Shown here: in pieces, positions 11,693 to 22,371 of the stretch | How positions within the stretch are numbered: the stretch's first letter is position 1 | How the letters are laid out: each line of letters opens with the position of its first letter | Notes under the pieces: model-generated | Told to the model about the DNA's origin: nothing | The model's input: the letters and a program-made list of their open reading frames with translations, nothing else | Database searches by the model: none | NCBI RefSeq assembly: GCF_902459465.1 | Contig: NC_047067.1 | Coordinates: forward strand, 20,956,001-21,020,000 | Direction of reading: 5' to 3' | DNA from: Asterias rubens | Lineage: Eukaryota | DNA length: 64,000 nt | Position numbers and translations under genes: made by a program

Positions 11693-12659
11693 AAATGTGT
11701 CATCAGGTTCTGTACTTGATACAGATGTATAGCTGAGACGATTCTGCGTCACGCCAGATGCTTCCATTGCTCTATTCTCAACAGCATTCCTACTCCGGTA
11801 AGGAGATGAATCCAGAGATACTTTCCTATTGCCACTAGCAGCTGTCTCCTGCTCTTTTTGGATGGACCCGGTAGAAGCCCGTTTGGACCTTGGTGATGAG
11901 GCTTCCCTACCTAGTGGGCTAGCTGTCAAACCAACGGGGCTTGGCGTGGTATCCAAGGGTGGTGGCGGCGTGCCACTCTTAGGTAAGGTTAAGGATCCTG
12001 TGGACCCACCCTGGCTGGACTTTGAGGGGACAGAATCCCTTGCACTTTGAGTCCGTTTAAGAGGACTCTTAGGGTTCCTCTGTGCTTCCGTTTCCTGCTC
12101 AAGAGGTGTTGTTGGACTCGCTATATCAGCATTGCTTGACAATGGCGAGGATTTGTTACTGTTCTTGTCTATGCTTTCTTTTGACGATCCTGTGTCTTTG
12201 CCCCCTTTCAAACTCTCCTTAGACCCCATAGGGGACGTATCCCTGGACTTGCTTGGCCGAAACGAGTGGAACAGTCCATCAAAGAACTTCTTCCGAAGTG
12301 ACGGCGACCCACTTTGCTGATTCTCCTTCTCACATGAGTTCTTATGGTTCTGAGTTTTGTTTCCGTCTTTTTCAGTTTTGTCCTCTGGGTTCTGCTGGGG
12401 AGGAGGGGATGTCGGTTCCTCCGGTTGGTTGCTCAGTGGCTTCTTCTTGGAGTTCTTGTCCTTGTCTTTGAGCTCTGTGAGGGAGATTGCAGCCGGCGAC
12501 GTCTGGTTCTTACGATGATGACTCTTGAGGCTGCTGAAGAGGGCATGCTGCTTCTGGAGGGAGGAGGCTGGTTGGTCACTCGTCTGGGAGTTGGACTTGC
12601 GTAGTTTAGAGAACATACTGCTGGCTGTGGACTGCTTGGGTGGGGGTGCTGGCTCTGGG
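11693..12659 (-). CDS. KALRN/TRIO: 967-nt exon, Ser/Pro/Lys-rich low-complexity region between PH2 and SH3
   Basis: Long polypyrimidine tract plus ccag acceptor, TTT|gtgagt donor, phase 2-0; matches 338-aa ORF. Confidence 0.93.
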
Positions 12660-12902
12660 CTGGAATGAGAAGGAAATGAAAAGGGAAAAAACATTCAAAT
12701 AAAATTATCAGAAAATCAACAGATGATTGTACTCAGCTCTTTTCAAAACTGTAAATTTTGGAAGTTTGGTCGCAGCACGCTGAACTAAAAAATATCCTTG
12801 CAATGTTTTCTACTTGGTGTTTATGTGAAAACCAGTCAGGCTTTGCCAATACTTGCAAGAGTAATTCATTTGTCAAGTAATAAAATCCAACACCATACTT
12901 AC

Positions 12903-12957
12903 ACTTTCTTGTCTGTAGAGTCAAGATCCCTTTGGTACTGGATCGGTGATTGTAATG
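12903..12957 (-). CDS. KALRN/TRIO: Exon (ALQSPIQYQRDLDSTDKKV)
   Basis: atttcag acceptor, GT|gtaagt donor, phase 1-2; resembles recalled Trio ALTSPIEYQR. Confidence 0.92.
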
Positions 12958-13071
12958 CTGAAATCAAAACAAACATTTATGTCATCCTCAAAACTCGAGT
13001 CACTAAGAGGCCTTTTTAAAATGTTGGTAGATGGGTCAAAGATAATAACTGAGTATCCAAAATTTTCTTAC

Positions 13072-13237
13072 CTCTAAGGAAGTCCTGTTGCTGGTTGAGA
13101 AGGTCCCGAATCTCTTGAAACCAAGTTTTCTTCTCATCGGGTGTCTGCGTCTGAATCAGGAACTTCTCACCACCTCTCTCAATCAGCTTAAACTGCAGCG
13201 GTTCGTCCTCAATGTCTTGGATTGACAAAGTGTTGAC
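13072..13237 (-). CDS. KALRN/TRIO: Exon, PH2 C-terminal half (VNTLSIQDIEDEPLQFKL...KTWFQEIRDLLNQQQDFLR)
   Basis: ttttttattcag acceptor, G|gtaaga donor, phase 0-1; PH terminal helix Trp. Confidence 0.95.
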
Positions 13238-13564
13238 CTGAATAAAAAAGGTAAATCATTAAAACCTACTGCAGAAATCGATAATCTGCAAGTAAATTAC
13301 AAACAGTGTGTCTTGAGATTTTCTTTCATTTTAGAATCCGACCAGTGCAAGAAAGAATGCATCTCACATACTTATGGATACTAAGTTTCTTAAATGCTAA
13401 GCACAGAAAAATATTGCTTAACAGACAGAGGTCACCACCACAAATTACATTACTTTTACGCTGTTGTGACTAATGCCCCACTCTAGTTTTGCTTAGCATA
13501 GAAATTTGCTAAGCAGTACTTCTGCTTAACAGCTTTATGAACTTGGACACAGTTGGCTACGTAC

Positions 13565-13753
13565 CTTCATACTCTTCTTAAAGATGTAACCAGGGTTATT
13601 GAAGCTGCCTTTCTTCTTCTCAAGAGGTTCACTGAAGATGATGATCTGCTCAAACATGAAGACACGACGTTCCTTGAACTTCATGTTACTGACGTTCTCA
13701 GTGATGCTAAGCGTACCCTGCCTGAGGAGCTTGCCCTGGGCTGTTATCTTACC
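13565..13753 (-). CDS. KALRN/TRIO: Exon, PH2 N-terminal half (GKITAQGKLLRQGTL...ERRVFMFEQIIIFSEPLEKKKG...GYIFKKSMK)
   Basis: ttctcag acceptor, AAG|gtacgt donor, 189 nt, phase 0-0. Confidence 0.96.
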
Positions 13754-13912
13754 CTGAGAAGGAGGGAAAGGTTCAAAGAGAAATAATCATGCATGAAGGT
13801 AGCTTAAAGATACATACAGCATCATAATTATTCTCTTGTAAAAAAATCTCTGTTCACCAAAGCATCAATGGGTCTTAATCTATAACTAGTCAAAGCTCTG
13901 TTGTTTCTAATT

Positions 13913-14199
13913 AGCAGAGTGTGTGATTGTGACCCATGCGTGGCACTTGTGTATTTGAGCAAGATTTGTTTACCACAGTTGCTTTTCCATAGGATGGGAC
14001 ATTAAGCCATAGACCCCAGATACTAGGATTGGTAGTGACTGTATAGCAAAAAAAACAAAAAAAAAAAACACTCATCGTAGAAGAGGTGGGGTAAAAACCC
14101 AGTGCTTCTGGTTCGCATAGTAAGCGCCCATTATTAAAGGTTTCCTCAGGCTTGCAAGCTACAGTGAGTAAGTTCACTTATGAGGCATCCTTGGTTTCA
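13913..14199 (+). mobile_element. Degenerate SINE with a distinct 3' tail
   Basis: gcacttgtgtatttgagcaag core; ~60-nt tail shared with ~958-1019. Confidence 0.7.
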
Positions 14200-14591
14200 A
14201 GAAATATGTAACAAGTAAGCGTTCAACTTAAAATGTCTACTTCATAAAGAAGAATCTATACAGAGTAGCTTGTAAATTGATCTCCTTACAAAATACTTTC
14301 AACCCAAACTGGTTTGGCCTACTTTCAGCTGACCGTGTCGGGTTAATATAAAAAACTTATTTTGAAGCAAAACCCTTGGAGGAGTGTTCTATTTAGAGCA
14401 TTCCACTACCGCCTGAAACCAACATCATACTTTCCCAGCTGCAAATCACCGCTGGGAATGTTGAACATTTCTTTTAGGAATGCGCTGAGTTCCCTAAAGG
14501 AAAACCATCAAAGGGGGGCAGGGGCATTTTGATGAATGGATGTTCCATTAATACGCATGAACAACAAAAACTTGTTATATATTGAACTTAC

Positions 14592-14669
14592 ATCAAAGCC
14601 TTGTAGTCTACTGATTGCCATCATGTCGTTTGCTCTCTTTGGTACGACACACATAATCTGCACTGCTAC
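14592..14669 (-). CDS. KALRN/TRIO: Exon, DH2 end (VAVQIMCVVPKRANDMMAISRLQGFD)
   Basis: gttcag acceptor, gtaagt donor, 78 nt. Confidence 0.95.
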
Positions 14670-14824
14670 CTGAACATTTAAAAAATTAAAAATAATAATC
14701 AATTTTGAAATGACATCAAATTTGTTTGTACACACTTCTCCCCAGCTTTTAAAAACAAAAACCCTTTTGAAAAAAGATGAAATAGAAGGGGAAAAAATGT
14801 GTTAAAAGTTTTTACTTCTCTCAC

Positions 14825-14875
14825 CTCAAGCATTTCTGCATCAAGACCGGCTTTCTTTGTTTGCTTCAAGAAATC
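14825..14875 (-). CDS. KALRN/TRIO: Exon, DH2 (DFLKQTKKAGLDAEMLE)
   Basis: ttattcag acceptor, GAG|gtgaga donor, 51 nt. Confidence 0.94.
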
Positions 14876-15279
14876 CTGAATAATAAAAGAACAAGTTCAC
14901 ACGGGATTAGTCTTTTCTTTAAAAAAGTAAAACTCAGACCGAAATGCGACTCACAACAGCTGGAAGCTGTGGGCCATTTTTACTGAAACTATTCTCATGA
15001 TGTCAACAAAAAATGCTGAACAATGGTCTTGTAAACTAAAAAGGGTTACCAGCTAAACTACCATACAAAGTTGGATATTTCTGAGTGGTTCTCTCATTTT
15101 AAACTATTTCTATGATGCCACACTAGTGGGGAAAGTGTCAATTATTTTGACAAATCTAAATAACAGTAGGTACTTGGACCATTTGCTAGTTGATACTGTG
15201 AGTTGTATGACCATAAATTGAAGGCATGCATTGGACAATAAAAAGTACTGAGGAATATTTTAGAACTGTTTTCATTTAC

Positions 15280-15372
15280 CTTTAAGAGCAGCTGGTATTT
15301 CATAATTCGCTGGACTGGTTTGATGAGTAGATCTGCGAGTGACAACTTGTGACCTAGTTTTTGTCGTACCTC
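15280..15372 (-). CDS. KALRN/TRIO: Exon, DH2 CR3 ([31 protein letters not shown])
   Basis: ctgcag acceptor, AAG|gtaaat donor, 93 nt; canonical DH motif. Confidence 0.97.
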
Positions 15373-15547
15373 CTGCAGATTAGAAAATAAAGCATGAGAA
15401 ATATTAACAATTATATAATGTAGTTCTGACCCATAACCTTGTACGAATGTTGAGCTCTGTATAATTAGTGCTGTTCGTGTTCACAGAAAGAAAAAAAAGA
15501 AAAGAAAAAGTTACGGGGGTTTTGGTAGGAATCAACCTGGCCCTTCT

Positions 15548-15660
15548 GCATTGCAGAGCAGGGCTCAATTTCTGCGCTTACATCCCATAGAGTTATGCGC
15601 TTACAAGGCTTTGGTAAGCACAAAATCCCGCGGTTAGCAGAGCTATGAAATTGGACCTAG
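15548..15660. mobile_element. Fragment of a related MITE subfamily; second copy ~33309-33490
   Basis: Same gagctatgaaattggacc / gggcccaatttcatggctctgc terminus; shared aatttctgcgct and aagcacaaa.tccc motifs. Confidence 0.65.
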
Positions 15661-15784
15661 TTATTTAGGTGTACAACATTGCAAGTACGATCCTTACATT
15701 GGTACCTCAATATTTTCCCTGCAAGACTACAAGGAAAAAGAAGACAACATCATAAAATTGGAAACGACATGATCAAGAATTTAC

Positions 15785-15871
15785 CTCAAAGAAGCTTTCA
15801 TACTCTGAGACAATGAACTCCGACTTTGGTTTGTTTTGGCAGTACACAACGTACATTTGTAACCTCCGCTC
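15785..15871 (-). CDS. KALRN/TRIO: Exon, DH2 ([29 protein letters not shown])
   Basis: ttttacag acceptor, GAG|gtaaat donor, 87 nt. Confidence 0.96.
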
Positions 15872-16377
15872 CTGTAAAAGTGAAATCAAGAGAAAAATCA
15901 TTAGAGCTGTTCTAGGGCCATGGTGCGGTTTGCCATTTGGACTTTGGAGTTCGGAGGCAAAAAGTCCTCAAGAGATACAGTAGGCTTTTGGTGGCGCCCG
16001 CTAAACTCCGAGAACGGGTCGAGTTCAGAGCAAGCCGGCTCGTGGGTCTCCAGCACGAAAAGGGGGGGGGGGGGGGGCGTTTTTTTTTTTTTTAGTCCTT
16101 GTCTGGTCTCTTAATTCTCATTTTCTGCCCCTTGTCTGTCACAACCTCACCTCTCTATAGCATTGCATCAAACCTATACTTTCATTTTACATCATATACT
16201 TCATACTGCAGGAGTCATTTCACACTCTACTGTGCTGTGTACCTTTTTTTCAAATATTTTTTTATTTATAATTTTTATGCAAGTTCACCCCAAACAAAGC
16301 TAAAAGCAACTGTTGCCAATAGTGCGAAGTGCTATTTTAAAGGATTGCTTGGTCAACAATAACTTAAGACCACTTAC

Positions 16378-16447
16378 ATATTTCTTAAACAGTCCTCCGA
16401 GGAGTTCATTGTTGTCCTTGCATTTCAGGATTTCAATCGAGAATGTT
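16378..16447 (-). CDS. KALRN/TRIO: Exon, DH2 (TFSIEILKCKDNNELLGGLFKKY)
   Basis: ctcaacag acceptor, gtaagt donor, phase 2-0. Confidence 0.92.
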
Positions 16448-16869
16448 CTGTTGAGAGGAAATTCCCATTAATGTTACTCAACAACTGAAATAATAATCAT
16501 AGAAGATTATCTCAAAACATAATCCTTTTGGATTATCAAAAAAAGGTGCGCATTTATTTTCGCCATTTTAGGAGTCAGGTCTTTTTTGTAAATTTTCACT
16601 CCTAAAATGCTGGGCAGGATAGGCATCTGTAAGTGCGCTTCGCATCATGGAATGGGACAATAGAAGAAAAATACATTAATGGGTAACAGTAAGGAAAGCT
16701 GAAAATAAAGGGATTGGTTAACAAAGGGCTCAGTGTCAAAAGATGATAGTTTTTGTTTGGGCTTTTTAAGAAATATGTTACTGCATGACATTAATATCCA
16801 TTCCTCTTGGCACTTCAATACAAAGTTTAAAAGTAAAAAAAATCTAACAATGAACAGTATCTCGCTTAC

Positions 16870-16982
16870 TCTCTGTGCCATTCGTATATCTGGTGGATGT
16901 TGCCAAACGCAATCTTGATTTTTCCTTCCTCCAAACCTTCCGGTTTCTGGACGTTCTCGTCTTTTAGATATTCCTTATATTC
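16870..16982 (-). CDS. KALRN/TRIO: Exon, DH2 (EYKEYLKDENVQKPEGLEEGKIKIAFGNIHQIYEWHR)
   Basis: ttttgcag acceptor, GA|gtaagc donor, phase 0-2. Confidence 0.96.
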
Positions 16983-17105
16983 CTGCAAAAGAGACAATGA
17001 AAATTAAATGTCAAGAATTTTTCCAATTGTCAAAATCATTGCATTCCACAACAATGACTCAGTCGATCTCACAGGCGGCCATCTTAAATTGTTTCACCAT
17101 CTTAC

Positions 17106-17172
17106 CTCTACGACTTTGCCAAGATCTTTCACATAATCCTTCTCCGTCTCAACTATTTCAGCCATGATATAT
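17106..17172 (-). CDS. KALRN/TRIO: Exon, DH2 start (YIMAEIVETEKDYVKDLGKVVE)
   Basis: attgtag acceptor, GAG|gtaaga donor, phase 2-0; DH CR1 motif. Confidence 0.97.
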
Positions 17173-17369
17173 CTACAATTGAAAATATGAGAAGCAATAG
17201 TCATAGGTTGATGAGAGTTTGAATCTAGAAGGATTCAGTTTGTGTTGTATGGGAGGGGAGGGGGGAAGACGGAGACACAAGACATGGGTTTGTATACGAG
17301 GGTTTATTTAAAGCTGTCGATAGAGAAACTGCTCCCTCTGAAATAATAGGTTATTTCTCACTCAAATAT

Positions 17370-17553
17370 TTAAAGACTTCAGGCCTAAAGCCCTTTTTAG
17401 GCATTTGAAAGCACACCAATTTGTGCAACAACTGTGTTTTTTTCCCCTTCATGTCTCAAATATTCACAGGTTTGTTATTTTATGCATATGTTGGGATACA
17501 CCCAGTGAGATAACTGGTCTTTGACAATCATCAAAGGTGTCCAAGGCCTTTAA
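17370..17553. mobile_element. Non-autonomous DNA transposon bounded by TTAA (Kolobok/piggyBac-like)
   Basis: TTAA|AGAC...GCCT|TTAA ends; superfamily is an inference from the TTAA ends. Confidence 0.6.
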
Positions 17554-17612
17554 TAATCACAAAGAAACCTCAATGTCAAAAATGATTTCATAGAACATCA
17601 TCTGAAACTTAC

Positions 17613-17839
17613 GTTAGTTTTTGGATGGCGGCTTCTTTCTTTGCCTCAGCTTGCTGAGCCTCTGTATCCCCTTCATCATCAGAGGGAGGGGAGGTTGTCT
17701 GCTCTAGATCTCCAAGACTCAAGTCTCCTTTTGGTACCTCCTCTTCACCCTCCTCCTGAGTAGGATCCTCCTTATCGGTCTCTGAGGCGTTACCGTTGGT
17801 GTTGGCTACCTCTTTGGTGTCTACTTCCTTCTCATCATC
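17613..17839 (-). CDS. KALRN/TRIO: Exon, acidic linker (DDEKEVDTKE...AKKEAAIQKL)
   Basis: tag acceptor, AC|gtaagt donor, phase 0-2, open frame. Confidence 0.9.
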
Positions 17840-18743
17840 CTACCGACCAGAAAAGGATTCCAAGATTTTAATTAACTTGCAAGATTATTATTCAGTGTTC
17901 TTGCTTCGTTGTACAGATGACAAACAGTTTATTCAAAAAGCAGGTGAAGGTCCCATTGGCGAGTGCACTTCTTCCAATAACTTAAAAACAAACATCTTGA
18001 AGTTTCCCAGGAACATTTGATTGTAGCACACTGTTCGTAAATTCAGAAATGCATTGCAAACAAAAAATACACAAAAACATGTAATCACGATTTTGCTAGG
18101 TTTAACAAGGGGGGATTTACAGCAGCCAAATCATACAATGGTGAGTCTTAGCAGACAGACTCAAGCGCTCACATTAAGCGTTACTCATCAAACTTGTCCG
18201 CAATGCAATAATTTGAAAAGCAAAATAAAACATATGAGTTGTCACGCATTATCCCCATTTTTCACAATGCACTAATTTTAGAAGCAAAATAAAACATATG
18301 AGTTGTTACGCATTATTCCTTCCTTTAACCAGTACCCCGTCCCTCCACAAAAACAAAAGGAAAACATTTGTTAGCTTAACTGAAATATTAACTGGCCAAA
18401 AAGCAACCCAATTACACCATTTAAACCAAGTAGCTTGTTAATTTTTTAACCCAACCCAAAGAATAGAAGATTTATACTTTCTCCCTCTGGTTGGCCATTA
18501 ACTCTACTGAGACTACTGCACAATATTTCCCATTCACAAACATCGAACATCAATGCATTAAATACAACAAAGGCAAACATAACAGAATAAGCACATTTAA
18601 AATTCCTTTGTCAACGACCAGGATAAGCAAAAAGAGTTTGCGACACCAACTGTTAAAACACAATGCTTAAAAACACACAGCATCAGACGGCACATTTTTG
18701 GGGAGCAACCCAAACACTTCTTCCGTTAATGGAAGTAACATAC

Positions 18744-18833
18744 CCTTTTATGGGTTATGATTTGCTCTAGTTCGGAGACAGTGCCTGGCCCAGAGCAGGC
18801 CACTTCTGGTGTGGGGCTCAACGACAGAAGAGA
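18744..18833 (-). CDS. KALRN/TRIO: Exon, linker (SLLSLSPTPEVACSGPGTVSELEQIITHKR)
   Basis: Polypyrimidine tract plus tcgtcag acceptor, AGG|gtatgt donor, 90 nt, phase 0-0; resembles recalled Kalirin SLLAARQASTEVPTAADLVNAIEKLVKNK. Confidence 0.78.
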
Positions 18834-19872
18834 CTGACGAGTTCGGAATGGATTAAAAGGAAAGAACAGCAAAAATGTGTCTGATAAATAATACATCATA
18901 ATTAATAATAATGAAAGTATGAATAGTGTTTTTTTCTGAGCAACCTCCCAATCAACCAATGCTGAAAATGTTGAATAAGACATGAAACATCCAGGGTGCA
19001 AGTTAAGTCCAGCCATGGAGGTTTGGCTGACATGGGCTGACTGCTTGCCATTCAACAAGAGAGCATCAACCTCAAAGACTACAATGATGGACAGGTACTT
19101 GTTGATCTTAGACACATTGTACTCCAGGCTAAATCTACATTGCATTGTGTAGACTATCCTCCTCAACACCTGTACAATAGTGTTTGAGGACAGAGTCAAA
19201 AGCACAGACACTACACCATGTCAACAGTTATGTCTGCTGACAGTATGGGGTACAAACTCCTCATACACAAAGAGACAATAACTAGACAAACTATTGATAC
19301 AGTTAATCTCAGCACATCTGTATAGTATAGCCTGAAACTACATGTTGTGCTCCATAAGTAACATGGTACCCCCTTTCCAAGGCTAAAGGGACTCAAGAAA
19401 ATCTCCAAAGCTGAAGAAATCCTAAGAAATCATAAGCCTGTTTGATACAATACCCAAATGGCAGATTAAATAATCAAGGAGATTCAACATTGAACATATT
19501 GAATAGAGACACTACCGAGCATGGAAGTGTTCCAACAATTCTGACCATGACGTCCAGCTGTGGTCCTCAACGGCATCTTTTGTGCACACAAACTTTGACC
19601 ACCCATGGACCATCACTTATGCATTGTTGTTCCCAAAATACAGAATAAGTCAAATATTTTGTCTTTCAGAGATGTAAGCCCACTTTAAAATCAATGAAGA
19701 ATTGAAGAGATAATTTGATTTAGTAAGGACACTTGTGTTTATCTCTTTCCCAAAACTGTGAGCTGTGTGTGTGGGGCACCAGTTACAACAATGATAACTT
19801 TATGGACTTTTTGCCGGTTACCAGTTCTTGCAAAGCAACATTTCTCTGTGCTTAGCAAGTTTTTATTCTTAC

Positions 19873-20100
19873 AGGCTTTAAAAAATTGGGCCCCAATCAC
19901 TGCAAAGGCTAATCTTAATCATTGGAAGCTGCAGCCAAAAACCGTAAGCTAAAGTAGCTTGAGTCGGCTACTGCCTTTCAAAGCTTACAAAGGCTTTAGG
20001 AAATTGGGCCCTGATCACTGAAGGGGTAATCTTAAACATTGAAGCTGCAGCCAACAGCTGCAGCCGGCTTGAGTCGGCTAGAGTCGGATAGAGTCGGCTA
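19873..20100. repeat. ~118-bp tandem duplication of a MITE end plus flank, ending in three GAGTCGG(C/A)TA 10-mers
   Basis: Units at 19873-19970 and 19991-20080; 10-mers at 20071-20100. Confidence 0.8.
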
Positions 20101-20109
20101 ACGTCTTAC

Positions 20110-20310
20110 CTCACGCCCGTCCTCCTTCTCCGAGGGGGAAGAATGGCTGATCAGATTGGAGTGGTTCTGCAGCTCCATGGGTGGAGGTAACGGTACCGCC
20201 TCGATCGGCTCCAGGTTGTCCTCGTCATCGACTGGCGATTCAGGAGGGACAGTAGGGGGTGATGAGCGGGGGGCAAGGAGGTCCTCTTGGCTCACCGCAG
20301 AAACACGCTC
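20110..20310 (-). CDS. KALRN/TRIO: Exon, linker with VPLPPPM motif (ERVSAVSQED...EAVPLPPPMELQNHS...GRE)
   Basis: ctcctcctag acceptor, GAG|gtaaga donor, 201 nt. Confidence 0.94.
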
Positions 20311-20374
20311 CTAGGAGGAGAAAGACACAAAGTATAGAAGGTTTAATGTTCTGTTTCACTGGGATGTTTTTTGG

Positions 20375-21005
20375 CATGCATGCTAAGGTTGGGAGTTCAC
20401 TTGAAGGCTCATGAACACTCCTTCATTCATACAAAGTTTGAAAGATAAAGTTTTAAAGCAATTTTATGCAGCACATCTAATACACAACAACTCGCCTTTC
20501 TTACCCAATTGGTTTCCCTTAGATACTGCAATATTGATTGCAATCTATAACCATATATTACATGCATGCAAAAATAAAACCATGATAACATAACAGGCGG
20601 ATTAATCTCGTGTAAGTATTAAAGGGTGTAGTGGGTGGGTGTGTTAGGGTATAGGGTGCAGTGGGTAAGGATCTAGCGGATTGGGTGCAATAGGTGTAGG
20701 AACAAATGGATCAAGAGGGAAATAAGATCATGCAGATTTTTAAAAATGGGTGCGGGTGAACTGGGTGTGGTGAGAAGAGGATATGAGGTGAAATGGGTTC
20801 AGGATAAAATAGGCAAAGACTTGAATATGTGCTGGAGGAGGAATGGGTGATGGTGAAAACTGATACGACATTTAATGGGTGCAAGATAATACAGTTTTTT
20901 TTTATAAATAGGCTCATGACTGGGTCCAAGGAAAGGTGGGATCAAATGATGGGTGAGGTCAAATGATGAGTGAGGTCAAATGGATTGGGTCAAATGAGGG
21001 ATGGG
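20375..21005 (-). promoter_or_regulatory. Candidate splicing-regulatory region (YCAY clusters and TGCATG motifs)
   Basis: 10 YCAY in 20936-21004, more in 20746-20860; TGCATG at 20375, 20561, 20565, 20729. Confidence 0.5.
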
Positions 21006-21086
21006 CCAACAACCACTATACACTAGCAAAAAGATGGCAGAAAAATTGCATATATGTACATGTATGTGGCGGCTTGGCCCACTCAC

Positions 21087-21170
21087 GTCTTCCAATAGAT
21101 CTTCTCCAGCAGCAAGGGGCGGGTCCTCTTTTAGAGGGTCCTCATCATTGGCTTCATCACCAATTTGTTG
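21087..21170 (-). CDS. KALRN/TRIO: 84-nt symmetric exon (QQIGDEANDEDPLKEDPPLAAGEDLLED), possibly alternatively spliced
   Basis: ccctatag acceptor, GAC|gtgagt donor, phase 0-0, open acidic frame. Confidence 0.72.
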
Positions 21171-22329
21171 CTATAGGGCGGGGCAGGATATGCAAATGAG
21201 TTTACATATGATTAGTATGGAACAAAGTTAGTACTGTTAAATAGAACGGGTTGAGCTCAGCTGACAAAAGTCTAATTTAGAAGTGTTAGATAGAACAGGT
21301 TCAGCTGAAAAAGCCTTTTTAAGAATGCAGAGATTATAAACCTCTTAATGAGCAATTCTGATACGAATGAATAAGTTCCACATAGAAGACGGCACATGAC
21401 TGGTCAAAAATTGAATTCCAATATTCAAATAGTCGGAGGCCAATCATAGTGTATCTGCTTTGCATAGTGTTTTACCCTGGAGTCTAGCTTCTAGCTGATA
21501 GGGAATATCTGACAAGGGGCAACTGAACTATCTTCTGACACTTTTAGACAGGAACATTTTAGTTAGTCCCACATGACGTGGTTTTTTTTAAGACAAAGAA
21601 GAAAAATGACGCCTGCTTATCAATCAATGACAATGTACTTTTATCGACGTACATTAGTATGTGTCACACAGGGCTACTTTTGCACCAAAAAGTGCTTTTC
21701 ATTGTCACACACTAATGCAATGGCTACACAATTAAAATGGACAACGGTCACCATATCAAATCTGCTCGCTGTAAAAATAATTAAAACAAAAACACTCCCT
21801 GTCTTTTTTCCTGATCTCTCCAAGCATTCATCCAAGAGAAAACTAATTATTACTTTGAAAACATTCCAGAATTGCAACAAATACAATTTCAAGGAATTAT
21901 AAGCCTGGGACCAATCTCACACAATGTATTTTGCTGTCGAACTGCTTTGTCAAGCATGGTTGTTATTACTTATGGCATTATGTGCTCTTTTGTAATTGGA
22001 CTCTTATATATTACAGCAATCACAATGAAATAGAACACCAGAACTTAAACCCATTTGAATGGCAATCTTTCCACACGCTATGAGAAAAAAACGCACTTTA
22101 ATTAAGAGCCTTGGTGATGACTGACAGAGGCTTTTTGTTTCAGGTTTTTTCAGCTCGACTGGAGTTACCATGAGCCCCCTTAATGTCACATGGGGAATGC
22201 ATCTAGTCTGACGCTAGATGTAGTTCAAGTCCAAGCAGAGTGCGATTGGATGCCTGTGGTATGTTAGCAACGCCACACGCCGTTTGGCATATTTAAGACA
22301 TCTTAGCAACTCAAAACAGATGGTTCTCA

Positions 22330-22371
22330 CCCAGCTGCATTATGGGACCCAGCTGCATTATGGGACCCAGC
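22330..22371. repeat. 18-bp tandem duplication
   Basis: cccagctgcattatggga x2 plus partial. Confidence 0.9.

Noticed and set aside
11829-13786. Plus-strand ORFs overlapping exons
   Set aside because: Antisense shadows of the minus-strand coding exons.
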